In this document: positions 45,178-60,000 of the stretch, in pieces | Layout: each line of letters begins with the position of its first letter | Numbering within the stretch: the first letter of the stretch is position 1 | Assembly (NCBI RefSeq): GCF_009914755.1 | Contig: NC_060925.1 | Reading direction: 5' to 3' (one strand) | DNA from: the human T2T-CHM13v2.0 reference genome, Homo sapiens | DNA: 64,000 nucleotides | Translations under genes and position numbers: made by a program | Notes under the pieces: generated by a model | Database searches by the model: none | Told to the model about the DNA's origin: nothing | The model's input: the letters and a program-made list of their open reading frames with translations, nothing else

Positions 45178-46683
45178 GTTGGTTTACCTGTCCCTGACAG
45201 CTCCTGTAAGCCACTTGGGCCCCTAGCCTGACAAAGATAAACTAGCAGGCTGAATGGGACATGACTTGTTGAAAAGATATCACAAAGACACTACTTCGAG
45301 TTCAATTTCGTGCTTCTGTGTAGGTGCGCACAGGCACCATGACTCGTCTGTGACAGCGGCTTCATAGAGGCAGCCGCTGCGATGCTGGCAGAAAGGTCCA
45401 AGTCAGCAGTGTGATCTGCCACGGTGATAACACAACTCGAAGGGCATAACCTCGCTTTCAAAACTCATTCTGAGTGGCTTATTGTTGTGTTGTGAATTGA
45501 TCAAGAACTAACAAGTTATTAGGCTGAGGTTGCTTTCATGTTTTCTCTTTTAATTGAGCTAACGTTGAGATTAAAACCATTTTTCAACCGTTTCTAAATT
45601 TTGATGGAAGTTTTCAGGTAAAGCTTTTAACAAAATTGCTTCAGGAATTACATCTTCTTATAGAAGTATAAGCACGAAATTTGGAATACTTAGACATTTA
45701 TTTTACAATGCTTGCTAAAATGTCAATACCCTGGATTTTGTCCTGGTTACTAGGAAAGAATACATGGCATGTGGAATAGTCTCAAAAAGAAATACGGTTT
45801 TAAAAAAGCATGAGTTTGGGGAGTGAGATATGTTTTGTTACTGGGGATCTAGTCAGGAAACTAGCAATTTCCGGGTTTTTATTTTTTTCTCATAGACCTT
45901 CAAGTTCAGTGTTGTAGTTCTGGCCAGAGTCACATAGTTGAATGTCTCCAGGTAGGGGCAAGTCAAGTCCCAGTGGTGAAGGGTGAGCCCCAAGACCGAA
46001 TGTCATCCTTAGAGGCATCCAAATTAAAATATATATATATATATATTAAATCCTGGGCTGGCCGTCTACATTTGGAGTGTAGATCTCCCGCGTCTCTAGC
46101 CTGTGCTTGGTAGTCTAAATACCAATACTTTTTAATCATGGTGACTATCTTCATATTTACTTGGATTTGTGTAGCTGAGTTATCTTCATTTGACAGGTAA
46201 GGAAACAAACTCAGAGGTGTTACGTAGCTAAGTTACAGATACAAAGCTAGTAGAAATAGATATGGCACTCGGCACTCTGAGGTCTCTAGACTTTAAATAC
46301 TTAGGCAATAATTAAAAGATACTTTTAAAAATTAAAAGTCAAAATATTTTAATTTTTCATTATAAAATCTATAGTAGTAAAATTTTAGTTGTATAATTGA
46401 AGTGCTACATTTTTATATAGAATTTCAAATCAAAAATTCCTTTTAGCAGAAAATTTTTAACTTTAGTTATTAGTAATTTCAACTTTCATTAAACTGAGTA
46501 CTATTAATATCCTTATTTCTTTAAATCTGATATTTTATTTTTTACAATACAGTTGTTAATTTTAGTAACTCTGAACCATCTTTATACTCTGAATCTTTCT
46601 TAATATGAGTTCTAGTTGTGCTATGTATACTTATGATGGGTATTGTAATACAGAAAGCAATTTTTAAAATAGTGAAATCATTC

Positions 46684-47052
<369 letters not shown>

Positions 47053-47509
47053 TGAGTATCTAGTGAAATGATTTAGAAAGTCCATGAAGACTCAGTTTTT
47101 TTTACTGATAAAAATAATCTGACAGCAAATATCTATGGAGTGCTTACCATGTGCCAAACAGTATTATAGAGACTTTCTATGCATTATTTCTTTAACTAAT
47201 TTCATTTCATTTCATTTCATTTTTAAAATTAAGCACCTGGTTTGACAAAGAATTTTCACAAACCTGACTAAAACACTTGAATCATAGACCTTAATGGATT
47301 TTCAGGTATTACCATTGTGTTTTAAGTATATTTGTATTAACAAATACAAGCTGTCAATGCATTTTTCTCCTTCTTTATACCATATAAGCTGCTGATAATA
47401 TCAATGTATGTAAACTTTACTTTAGTGATCCCTAGTCTCCAAAACTCCTTGGCATCCAATAAAATAATTATTTTTGAGGCACTATGGCAAGGTTGAAAGA
47501 ACCCAAGTA

Positions 47510-47725
47510 TTGTCATCAGACAGAGCTGAGTTGACATCCCAGCTCTCCCACTAAGGGTAATATATTAGGAGATTACCTTCAGTTTTCTAAGCCTCTGCTT
47601 CCGTCTGCATTTGTGGGATAATGAAACCCATCTTGGAAGAATGTGGTGAGGATTAAATGTAATGTATTTAAAACAGTGCCAGACCCTTCGAGGGCATTCA
47701 GTAAATGGTAACAATCATATTATTA
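47510..47725 (+). mobile_element. MIR
   Basis: cagacagagctgagtt...tgtggtgaggattaaatg...ggcattcagtaaatggta. Confidence 0.8.
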
Positions 47726-50700
47726 GAATTTAACCACAGATAAACCTAAGGTTTTCTTAATTTTCTTCCATTAATCTTACCAATTGGAAGCATTCATTTC
47801 CTCATTTCCTTTCTTGGCTTTCCTTTAGTTATTAATAAAAAATTAGTTAGAAATTTCTATACTGGTGTCCCCCACCTCCATTTGACACTTGACTTCACAG
47901 ACCTGAGGACATTACAGGTGAAATTGTATTCTCAAATCGCTTCCCTTGGAGATAAATGTTACAAAAATATCAGGGATTTTAATTTGGACCTGGCTGGTTG
48001 GTAAACTTCATCATAGTGATCTTAATATTTGATCACAGGTAACTAGAGATGAAAAGACAACCCTTTGAACCTATGGAGCCACTTTTGTTCCCAAGGCAAA
48101 CTTTTTGTGTGTGTGGTGGTAAAATAGAATAGCAGTGTCATCTTAGACTCATCTGTTCATTTTGTTCAAGGGATTAGTTTTACTGACAGAATGATACTGG
48201 AAAGTTCATATGTTCTCTTCCTTATATCCCAACAGATTTGCTTTACTTAGCTTTTAATCAGTATTTTTCATCATGATATTAAAAAGTTGAATTTTAAAAC
48301 ATGCTACAAGTCACAACTATTAATGCAAACTGTCTCCATCTAAACAAAAGTATGCAACACTAAGATTTAATAAATATAATAAACATGAATCTTAACTTAA
48401 ACTTATCAGTTAATCACTTCCAATAATATTTTTGAGTACCTGCCATCTAATAGTACTGTGCTAGGACTTTAGTATATATAAATATATACTATGTAATCTT
48501 TAACCACAAAAAGCGCTGAGCCTAATTTCAGTCTAATGTCAATTTTTTTGTAGATGGAAATTGTCAACTTTTCACTACTGCTTATACAGGCGATCTCACT
48601 GAAATTAACAACCATTTATACTTACGATTTTGCTGATTTGCTATTTTATTTTAATAAAAAATAACATAACCTTCCTTCCTGAGCCTAAGGAAGATTCAGA
48701 GAATAAAAGACACACATTTCAATCTGAGTGTTATTAGTAATTTTTACAGCATGTCTTGGCTATTGGGGAGAAATTAAGCTGCAGATTTTAAAATATTCTT
48801 TACTTAGTTGTTTACAAATTAATTTCATTGCTTGTTTTAAGATTAATTTCACTGCTTGCTTTAAGATTTTGATTTCAAATTATATTTATAGACCTTTAAG
48901 TACAAATAAAAGCCAAATAAGAATTGATACTATTCATTTTAAAAGATTTGTATCAATTTTAACGTTCAATGCTTGCAGATATTTGAAAATTCTCCAAATA
49001 TTCAAGTTTGAATAATTTTATAAAAAGTATACCAGGATAGGAAAAGCTTTATTGATCTGCTTAAAAGGAATAAATCTAATAGGATTTTTAGCAAAGAGAG
49101 GGACATTATTTATATTGATGATTTATATTGGTGATTGGTGATTAGGAATGATGTTAGTATGGTTTATAGAATAGTAATTTTTACATTAATTTTTATTGTT
49201 CTAATAGCTTACTTTAGATGAGTAGAAATAAAACATTAATTTTGACAGTGCTTCAAAAAAGATAATTTTGTAAGCCAAAATTGTATTTGTGAATTCAGAT
49301 ATAGATGATATAAGATTATGTGTTTTTTAATGTGTTAATAATTTTAGGATGATTATGCTGATATACTCATATACTCATATGCTGATTGCAAAGTTTTAAA
49401 GTCAGGTTTAAGCCTATTTTTAGTACAAATCCAATGTATACCTTAAAATAGTTCCAAAAGCTATCACTAATTTTTGATGGTATTAATTATCTCATCTTTA
49501 TTCAAGCAAATATGTTAGTGCTAATAGAAATTACACAAGTAAATAACTAATATTGCAATGAGTGAATTAATAGACCCCTCAGGGTTTTATTAATTAAAAA
49601 GTTCAAGTCATATTAAAACACCTTTTGTATATGTTTATTTCAATCAGAAAGCTGAATATGGTACCTTATTTACATAAATAATCAATCACCATTTACTAGT
49701 AGTAATAAGGTTAATTTGTTGCTACAGACATAATAGAATTAGTCAATTATATTTCCCAGAAAATACTATTTGTTATGCACCCCATCACCTGTAAAACAGG
49801 GTTGGGATTAGCACCCTTATTAAATGAACACATCAAGAAATCTTTGTCCCTGTAAAAGTTTTATGAAAGGAAGACTAATTTTGGTTGATTTGGATAAAGT
49901 AAAACGCAAATATTGCTTCCATTTGTAAATTTAATTTATCTTTCTCTAAAGATTGATTATTTAATAAAGTTATTTATTTTGATTCAGTAACTAGTCAAAC
50001 TAAATCTAACACATATAAGACATATTTCCTTTGAAGAAAATCTCATTTGCAGATTTGTTTTATTCCAAATAAACTGACTTTCATTCCCTTGCCCTTGTTC
50101 TTGGGTAATAAATTATGTTGTCTGCTCCACCTACTGGTGGATATATGCAAAGGCCTATTGTTGGATTTATTAAAAGATGCCTGTAAAATATTGCCAGAAT
50201 TTTTGAGAATCTTCCTGGAGATTAGAAAAATTACAGACACAAATGTAAAATTCGAGATCCAAATTATAAAAGGTTACTTTGGAAATATTGGTTATTATAT
50301 AGAATTATACACGGCAATAGTTATCTTATTAGTGAAAATGTTACCCTGTTTTTCATTTTAAAGTGATAATAAAAAAGGTAAATAAACATAAAATATACAT
50401 ATAACTCAGTATAACTATGCATATTTTATTTGGTGTGGCATTTAAGGGTTTACACATATTGAAATTAAAGCTAAAGTAGAAACAAATTTACTTTAATTAC
50501 AATTGTTACACGTATATAATGGAAATAATTTTCATGTCATAATTTATACGATAGATTTTTGATGTTTTTCCTCACTCATCACTAAAGCAGTGAAAATACT
50601 ACTGAAAAAACTATTTTAAGTTATTTATGATTTAAAAAGACCCTATACTGTGATTAATACTGATAAAACTTTACTTTGAATTGTATTTTTGAGGAAGCCA

Positions 50701-50786
50701 AAATGGTTTCAGCTACTTCTTTCCCAAATCATATTAAATCATATTTGTATAGAGAAAGACTGTCTTAATTTTAAAAATTAAACTTT

Positions 50787-51170
<384 letters not shown>

Positions 51171-51227
51171 TTAATTTCCAGGATACAAATCTTATAAGAT
51201 GAAAAATATTTAAATTAGGAAAATTTT

Positions 51228-51541
<314 letters not shown>

Positions 51542-51699
51542 TCACTTATTACTTTCGACTCTATCTTTTAAGTATCATAAGTGGAGAGATCTTATGCATA
51601 TCAAGTGCTCAATACGTGATTATTCACTTTTATTTTGAGATGATGAAGTCCTAGAAAAATGGCAGCCTTACCGTGTGCACCTGCCAACATGTGTGCATA

Positions 51700-51887
51700 T
51701 GTGTGGGTATGTGTATCTATGTGTCATATGTCTTTGTATATTTGGTATATTTGGAAAGTACCTTTGGAGAGGCTATACCATTGCCTAATGTGTGGGTATT
51801 GCATTGCACATTACATTTGTGTGGGTATGTGTATCTATGTGCCATATGTCTTTGTATGTTTGGTATATTTGGAAAGTATCTTTGGAG
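51700..51887. repeat. 70-bp direct duplication (51700-51769 / 51818-51887) with a 48-bp spacer
   Basis: 67/70 identity by direct alignment. Confidence 0.95.
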
Positions 51888-52703
51888 TGATAGGGAAACT
51901 CGAGTAATGTTAAGATTACCTGTAATGACTTTCTGGAGCACATATTTGGACCTCTTAGACCTTATCTCATAACCACTTTTCTGACTTGAAAAACATTGAT
52001 TTTGTTCCTTTATAGTTTCTTAGTTGGACCTTTTTTCCCTCTTTTGTATTTCCATGATATACAGGCAAAAGGATGTATGCCTTGATACTTACGGTTGCCA
52101 ATAGTACCCTTATCTCCACTGCACTGAATATTACATTTATGATCTTTGTGGTTTGATGCAGCCTGATTTTGAGCATTCACATGTTCCTTGTGAACTTTTT
52201 TTGGGCTTTTTTTTCTGTGTGTGTTTTTTTTCTATTTTCCAAATCAGACTTTACATTAAACGATCCACGATTCTAAACTATCCCCAGTTATCCAGGGTTT
52301 TGAAGTAGTTGACTCTTCTTCTGTTTTTGCTATCGTCTTTCAGTTCATCATTCCAGATGTCTTTCAAATCAGTCCCTTCACGTTTATTTCCTGAACCCTG
52401 AGAAATTGTAATAGTCTCTAAAATGATTTTCTTTTTAAGTCTTTTGCCCTTTAACCCAATATATTTACCACCATCAGATAAATCTTTCTAAAAGAGCATT
52501 TTTATTTCATTTATCTTTGCAGTTTGTAAGCCTCCAAAGATTCCCTGTTATCCATAGGATAAAATCCATATTTTTCAGCGTAAGCGTTCAAAATTCTTTA
52601 CAATCTGACTTCACTCTGCCTATTGAGTCTGATCTGCCTTTGCTCCTCGATATGAACATACTGATACAGTCTGACTTTATATCCTAGAGAAATTTGTCAT
52701 AAG

Positions 52704-52805
<102 letters not shown>

Positions 52806-54724
52806 GTAGGTGACTTCTGGTGATTTGCCATATTGTGGAAATTCAGAAGCCTCCCCTCTACCTCTCACAGAAGAGGAGAAACATGTTACAAACTTTTCAC
52901 TAATACGTTGAATTTGACTGTTACTTTACCGTTAAAGATGTATTTCTTTCTCCTATTAAATTTAGATAACTAATTTAGATGATATTTAGAAAGGAGACAT
53001 ATTAGCTTTCAGGTTGTCCTTAATGGTATATCTTAGTGAAAATTGATAGATTGTGAACAGCTTCTGATAAGAATGGGAAAGAAAACTACGTTCAGAGACC
53101 TGAGGCAATGCCTAGAGTATAAAGACCCAAATGGACATAAAATTGGTAAGAAAGAGATCCAGGGATGCTGAAGGGTGTAATGCATTCATGGAATGTCTGG
53201 GGAGGAAAGTAGGTATTTATGGCACTAAAAAGAATATTAAGAGGACATGCAGAAGAAATGTATCAGTTGTGTCATTTTGCTTAGAGTCACCGCTATTTAG
53301 TATCAATTATTAACATAGCATTCTCCAAAACCAATTCTTAATTCGTACATTCCCTGCCACTTATTTAGCAAACTTTTTCAGGAGTTGGAATGGTCTGGTA
53401 ATAAGATAGAGTTATGGTTGTATGGTTTGGGAGGTAGATTCATACGTTTTACATGAAGGATCTTATATTTGCTTGTGCTAACTTCCCAGTAGTTTGTATG
53501 AATGTTTTCATGCAGAAAAATTTAACAATAGGAACTCACACTGGCAGAGATGCCACTCGTCGGAATGTGCTAGAGCAGCATGGGATCTTTAGGATGATCT
53601 TTCCAGCCTTCTCTCTTAACCGATTAAAGAAATTAAGACTAGAAGATAAAGCAACCTGCGCAAGGTCACACAACTAGTTTGAATACATTCTGTAAAGCTG
53701 GGGCATCCTCAGTAAACCATGGTCACAATAAAAATCTGAGTTGGTCATCTACATCTGTGGTCTACACCTGGTTCACCTAAATAAACCCTACATGGAAGGA
53801 ACTGTATCCTACCTTTATGACTGTCCAGCCATCCTTCTTTAAAGGATATGCGCTGGTTTTTCATTGAATTCTCTCTTTTTCTCTTTCTCTGAAATGGGTT
53901 AGTACTTGCAAGAAACATCAATTCTGAGTGAGTTCATGTACAAAGATAAAAACTAAGGCCTGTATATAGAAGCATAAGGAAAGCCAGAATGTAATTTAGA
54001 TATCTGTGGTAACTTCTAGTGAATTGCTCAAAGCAATTTATTATATCTATTTTCAGAATATTCTATAAAAGCAGAAATTATCTTTCTAGTGACTAAAATG
54101 TTGTTTGGGACTCCTTTTTTTCCCTTTGGACACTTGGCAGGTTTATTCTTTCAAGATTACATAGAGATCTGACCCACGATCTTTGGATCCATAGTTTAAG
54201 AGGCAGGTCCTCAAGTCTGGACATTTGTTCTTAATCCCAAGTGAACAGCTCACATCACAGAATCATCACATAATTTGTTACTATTGGCAGTCTCTGTGCA
54301 GAAAGGCCAAGGACTGAACTAGCATGGAGAATGAATTACCTATTAACTCTTACATTTTATTTCCTCCCTCTTTAACATTGTAGTTTTTATTATCCTGTAA
54401 TATATGAAAGGGATGGCATTATTATCCATTGTCAGTTCTCTTTGAAGAGACAGAGTGAAGTGGTTTTAAAAAAATCTTGTTGTGTTTTCAAATGAATACC
54501 TTTTCTGCTCTTCTCCTCTTGCCATCTTTTAACTACCTCACATCTAAGAAAGAGGCAACAATTTCCGAAAGAGGCAAGAATAAATAAAAATTAATTAAAA
54601 GAGAGCCACTTAGGTAGAAAAGGGCCTTAGCTCTTTCCCTTATATATTTTTTCCTTTTAAGTGTGCAGCATTTTAGAATAAATTCCTTAGAAAAACACAT
54701 TATAAACCTCCCCCTTATGTGTGA

Positions 54725-56046
54725 CTGGGGACAGATCCATGTGTTATGGGCCTGAAGCTTACACAATTTTGGGAATACACCTTTAAGGATAAAGTTTGCA
54801 AAGTTTCAAATAAAAGAGGATAAGTTCATTATTCCTGTTTTCTTTAGATACAGAGTCTCGCTCTGTCACTCAGGCTGGAGTGCAGTGGCGTGATCATAGC
54901 TTGAATTTGTGGGCTCAAGTGCTCTCCCACCCCAGCCTCAAGTAGCTGAGACTACAGGCAGGTGCCATCACACCTGGCTAGGTTTGTTTACATTTTTTGT
55001 AGACATAGGGTCTTGCTGTGTTGCCCAGGCTGCTCTCAAACTCCTGGCCTCAAGTGATCCTCCTACCTCAGCCTCCCAAAGTGCTGAGATTACAGGCATG
55101 AGCCACCACACCTGGCAATATTTTTTATAATGAGAAAGGAAATCATTTCAAGCACATTTCAAATTTTAATGGCCTGATAATACCCAACATCTTAAAATCT
55201 AAAAATATAGCATAGTGCTTTAATTAACTGCCTGAAACAGCTCTATGGCATTTGTTTTCTATGTTTTGACTTCATACTCTTTGATTGCTTCTTTTTTGAC
55301 AATAATATTGTTATACTTTCTGAAGTGAGAAGAGGTGGATTATTTACGCTTTTGTTCTGACAACATTGATCTAAATTTTCATTACTATAAAAGTGTTGTA
55401 TAATGCATTATGTTGAATATATTTTTGAAAGGAGAGTCTTCCATTTTGTATATGAAATTATGAGAATTGGATTCCCCATTTATGATTTACACATCTGAAA
55501 GTTGGAAAAATTTTTCACAGGCTAGCTTTGGGCTGTGTGCATTTTAAACCTCGCTTCTCCCCCACTTCTCACAGACTTCCATGATGAGGCACTTTAGGAT
55601 GTCCTATTGCAATGAAGCCCCTGGCCCTGCTCCTTCATTCACGGTGCCTCCTATCTACACGGTGGGTGGTAGGAATATTCCTGGGAGGTATTTCTGTTTT
55701 GGGATTGCTAACAAATATTAAGTATATGTGGAAGTGACAGAAAACCCACATAAATATATTAACTAAACCTAGATTAAACATGTACCCACCTCATCTTTTT
55801 CATAGCCTGATCTGAACATGCCCACAGCCACTCTCATACCACCCAACCCACGGGGAAGTGTGATAGAGGATGTCAGAGTATAAAGAGACAGTGGCATTCA
55901 CTGATATCTGACTTTTGCCAATTTTACAAAAAGCATGACCACGTGAACAAATTGCCAGGGTCCTACCCTGTGCCTTGGAAGAGGCCTATGAAAGCAAGGG
56001 GCCCCAAAGCTTAAGCTTCCTTAGTTTCACTGTTACTTCACCTCTG
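54725..56046 (-). mobile_element. hAT-Tip100 DNA transposon (MER69B-like) containing an AluJ
   Basis: Termini ctggggacagatccatgtgttatgggcctgaagcttacacaatt... and ...ggggccccaaagcttaagcttccttagtttcactgttacttcacctctg match MER69 ends as I remember them. Confidence 0.7.
54843..55116 (-). mobile_element. AluJ
   Basis: gggctcaagt, gggtcttgctgtgttgcccaggctg, gatcctcct diagnostics. Confidence 0.9.
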
Positions 56047-56384
56047 AGTGGACTCCATTCATGTACTATGTGAAAACCCTGCTGCTCTTGTTAAATTTGC
56101 TCAAATAAGTTTTAACTTTTGTTTCAATGTGCTATACATAATCATCGGCACACCAGATTTCAAATCCAGCCTTCAGACAATTAAGTAAACCTTATCATTT
56201 TAGGCCTATCTTTCTTTAAAGCTGAAGCACCGAATTTTCTTTAGTTCTTTCTCTTTTTTTAAATTGAAAACAAAATTTGGACATCAAACTCAGGATCAGT
56301 TTATTTTCATTTAGTAGATTCGGTGCCTTTTTTTAATTAACTTATTAGGTATGGGTAGAGATAGTTATTAGGTATTAAAAAGAA

Positions 56385-56520
56385 TGAATATATTTTGTAT
56401 ATGTATATATATATGTATATGTATACATTTTTATTTGTACATATGTATATATGTACATACATGTATACATGTTATGTATGTATATGCATATATACACACA
56501 CAAATACAAACATATATAAA
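56385..56520. repeat. Degenerate (TA/TG/CA)n low-complexity tract
   Basis: Direct reading. Confidence 0.85.
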
Positions 56521-56742
56521 ATTTCAAATACAGTCTTAATAAAACATTCAAAAGCCAGAAAAGAATTAGGACAAAGTACATAACAAATGTAGCTCCAATT
56601 TCTTACCTCAGTGTAAAATGTTCCTCCACTTACCCCAGAACACCATATTTTAAATTGTATTGTATGCAAACAATTTATACAAGGCAAGTGGAAGTTAATT
56701 AATATTTGCTTATTTTTATTGGTTTTATATAAAACTCCTATT

Positions 56743-57052
56743 GGCCCAGCACAGTGTCTCACGCCTGTAATACCCAACACTTTGGGAGGCCAAGGCAGGC
56801 AGATCACTTAAGACCAGGAGTTCAAGACCTGCCTGGGCAACATGGCAAAACACCATCTCTACAAAAAAAAAATTATCCAGGCAAGGTGGTGCATGCCTGT
56901 AGTCCCAGCTACTTGGGAGGCTGAGTGGGAGGCTTGCTTAATTAAGCCCAGGAGGTCGAGGCTGCAGTGAGCCATGATCGCGCCACTGTACTCCAGCCTG
57001 GGCAACAAAGCAAGACCCTGTCTCAAAACAAACAAACAAAAAACCAAAAAAA
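56743..57052 (+). mobile_element. AluJ
   Basis: cccaggaggtcgaggctgcagtgagccatgatcgcgcc; gcaagaccctgtctc. Confidence 0.92.
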
Positions 57053-60000
57053 TCCTACAGTTATTGTCAAGTTAATTACAATCAATTCTGTCATTTTCTT
57101 CATTGGTTAGAAGAGATTAAGCTTTAGGTGGTTCCTTTTTTAATCACTAATTAAATTTATAATATAATAAAATCCAAATCTTAGAAACACAAGCAGTTAG
57201 GTCATTTCTTTAACTAAATCTAATGAAAGAAATGGGGCTGTAATAGTTTTGTAGATTTAAATTTTTATTTCTCTTACTATTATGGCTATTTTTCTATTTT
57301 GAGGACACTTCAGAAATATTTTGGATTGAGCCCAGTCATGAGTTAGATGCTATTATGTATAACTGATAAATAATCAGTTTGTAAGGTTTGTCAGGTTATG
57401 ATTTATCCTAGCTCTTCAGTGAGATTAGAAGAATAACTTTATATAGATATCCCAGTGTCTCTGATATTTAATCCACTCTTTTAGATTGAAAAACTTCATA
57501 ATCTTTCTGTTGAGTATCTGGCAGCCAGATTTTAAAATTTCAGGCTCTAGTCTAATCCATCGTCTTTTTCCTTTGATCTTTCTCTTTATTACCCTCCCTA
57601 CTCTGTGCACTCTATCATGAAATACAATATGCCCTTTATATTAAAACTAGAGACTTAAGGAGAGAGATTATACTCCCAAATGTTTTCCTAAAATGAGCTC
57701 TTAACTGAGTCAATGGTTAAGATACTCAAACATTGACTAATGTGACTGATGTGGTCATTAAGGTCACTGTTAAGATCATAAGTATTTAAGTTCTGAGATC
57801 AAAGTATAGTCCAACACATGAAATAATCTATAAATTTTGGATTTTATGCAAAATGTAAATATTTTAAAATACACAGAAAGTTTGCTTATTATATTGTGTA
57901 TTTGTTACAATTACAAAACAAAAAAAGAGGAATTCCAATTTTTTATTTAAAAAATATAAAATTGATTTCATTTTGGTGTGATATGATTTTAAGTATTTTA
58001 GTCTAAAATGTCAGACAGGTTTTCTGTAAAACGAATAATCTTGTCAATTGCTGTCTCTATCTACTGTATCTTTTGACAGTTAGAAATATTTTACTCAGCA
58101 ATGAATTATGTTATTCACAGAGTATCACAAGAGACAGTAAAATAAAAGATGAGAAAATGAAGATGTGGAGAAGAAAGGGAAAAGAATCTTTCTTTAAATT
58201 TTAATTTGTGAATATCTCTGAGTGTAAAATAAATAAGCTGCATATCTCAGTAGCTAGTATTATGCTGAAAAACTTGTCAAAAAAATTTTTTTCTTAGTTT
58301 ACAGAAAAGTGACATCTACAAGGTGCTTATATAAGGAAAAGCATGCCTAATTAGTCATTCCCTTAATGACTTGAATTTCAGAGTTTTTTCTCAAGTTTAT
58401 TCAGCAATATTTTCCATTAACTTTTAAATTAATTCATGTAAACATATGTATGCATATAATTTCTGTTTTAACATCCCACTAAATAAATGTGAATCCCTTA
58501 AAATAATATAATTTTGTTGTATTTATAATACATAATTAAATAATGTTAATTATTTATATTTAGGTTCTATGTACATAAGTTAACTTACGATCATCTGTAT
58601 TGGTCTTAAACTCACATCACTGAAATTATTCAATTTATTTTACCTATTTTTTTGTTTATATATCTATACCAAAATCAACCTCGTTTGCTATTATTTGAGT
58701 ATTAAAATTTTTGAGTTTTCCTTGCTTTTTCAAGGCAGAATTATTCCCTTTTCCCCCTTCTATGTCTTAATAAAGCACTTGCTATTGGTTTTATGGTTAT
58801 AGCTACCTCCCTCTAATGTAGGTGAATTCATAAAGGAGAACAATCATGCCATTTTGATATCTCCAGTTTCTCATACCAAAGTAGGCTCACAAGTAATATC
58901 GATTAACTAATAAATGAATGTTTTATGTACATGTCCTAATTCTGATTTAAAATAATTTTAGATACAAAACAAGACAGGCAGCTTTTATTTTAATTCCAAT
59001 TATTCACTCTTTTTTTAATGAAACAAGATTGTAAGTAAAACAAAATTATTTTTAAAGCTACAATAATTTTTTAGTAACTTATGTCTATATTTGCCCAAAT
59101 ATATTTTTTGTGGTTTTTTTTTTGAAGGACAAATCTTATATACCAAGAAAAGGCAAAGGGGAGAGCTAATATTTTTTAGACTCTGTGTGCCCCAAATTAA
59201 ACCAAGTTACACAATAGATATAGGATGAAACTAAATTTCAAACTTAGCTCTGGCTGTCTTCAAAACCACGCTTCCCGTTTATGGATGGTTTCAAGGGAGC
59301 TGAGAAAGGGACTACTTTAAGAATATTTTCCTGGATTATGAGTGAAATTGTATTTTAAGAGTTCTGTTCACTTGAAAGCAACTTCTAGACAACATATTCA
59401 ACATTATTAGCCTTTAATACTTTGTGGGAATTAGTGCCTCAGTTTCTTCAGCGATCAGGAGGTGGAAGAGACAATTCAGATGCAAGGCCCTCTCACAGGA
59501 AGTGAAGCAAGGCTTCATGGGTCCTTATGGACACTTCTTAGGCAATCTATTTGTCATGCCAGAAAAAGAACAATGAAGAGAGGAATAAGTGGGTACTTGT
59601 CATCTACTTAGTATTTTCATCTTTGAAATACCAGCTGAAATTCTGAAACAACAGAAATCCTGTTCAACATCCTGTTACACATTGGTTTGTAATCATTTTA
59701 TGAGACGAAGGGATGTTTATAAAAATACAAATGCCTTCGACATCTCATTCTTGATCTAATTAGCAATGTTTCTTTTACTTAATGAATACTCATGACAGTT
59801 AAAAACTGAGCTTGCTACACCCCAAATGATAAAACGGAAGATTCATTTACTGGTATATTCAGTACCATCTGAGACATTAATATAGTTAATGGCAAAAGTG
59901 AGACATGATATTTGCCAAAGTGCTGTTATGGAATAATCAGGGTGGAAACTTGGCTAAGATGGGAAAGACAGGTGTTAGAGCCCAATACATAAATCCCCTT

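Noticed and set aside
45320-45435. Possible tRNA or H/ACA snoRNA from the hairpin cluster
   Set aside because: No acceptor stem or A/B boxes, and no ANANNA hinge between the hairpins.
51659-51972. Overlapping Cys/Tyr/Val-rich ORFs with repeats
   Set aside because: Artefact of the TG-rich 70-bp duplication; not a CRISPR-like array (only two repeats, eukaryotic intron).
56227-56326. 9-bp inverted repeat gcaccgaat/attcggtgc ~80 bp apart
   Set aside because: Too short to exceed chance in 64 kb; no TSD.
59452-59595. Possible alternative exon after gtttcttcag
   Set aside because: The acceptor is a MIR-core fragment, there is an in-frame stop after 17 codons, and the donor is weak.
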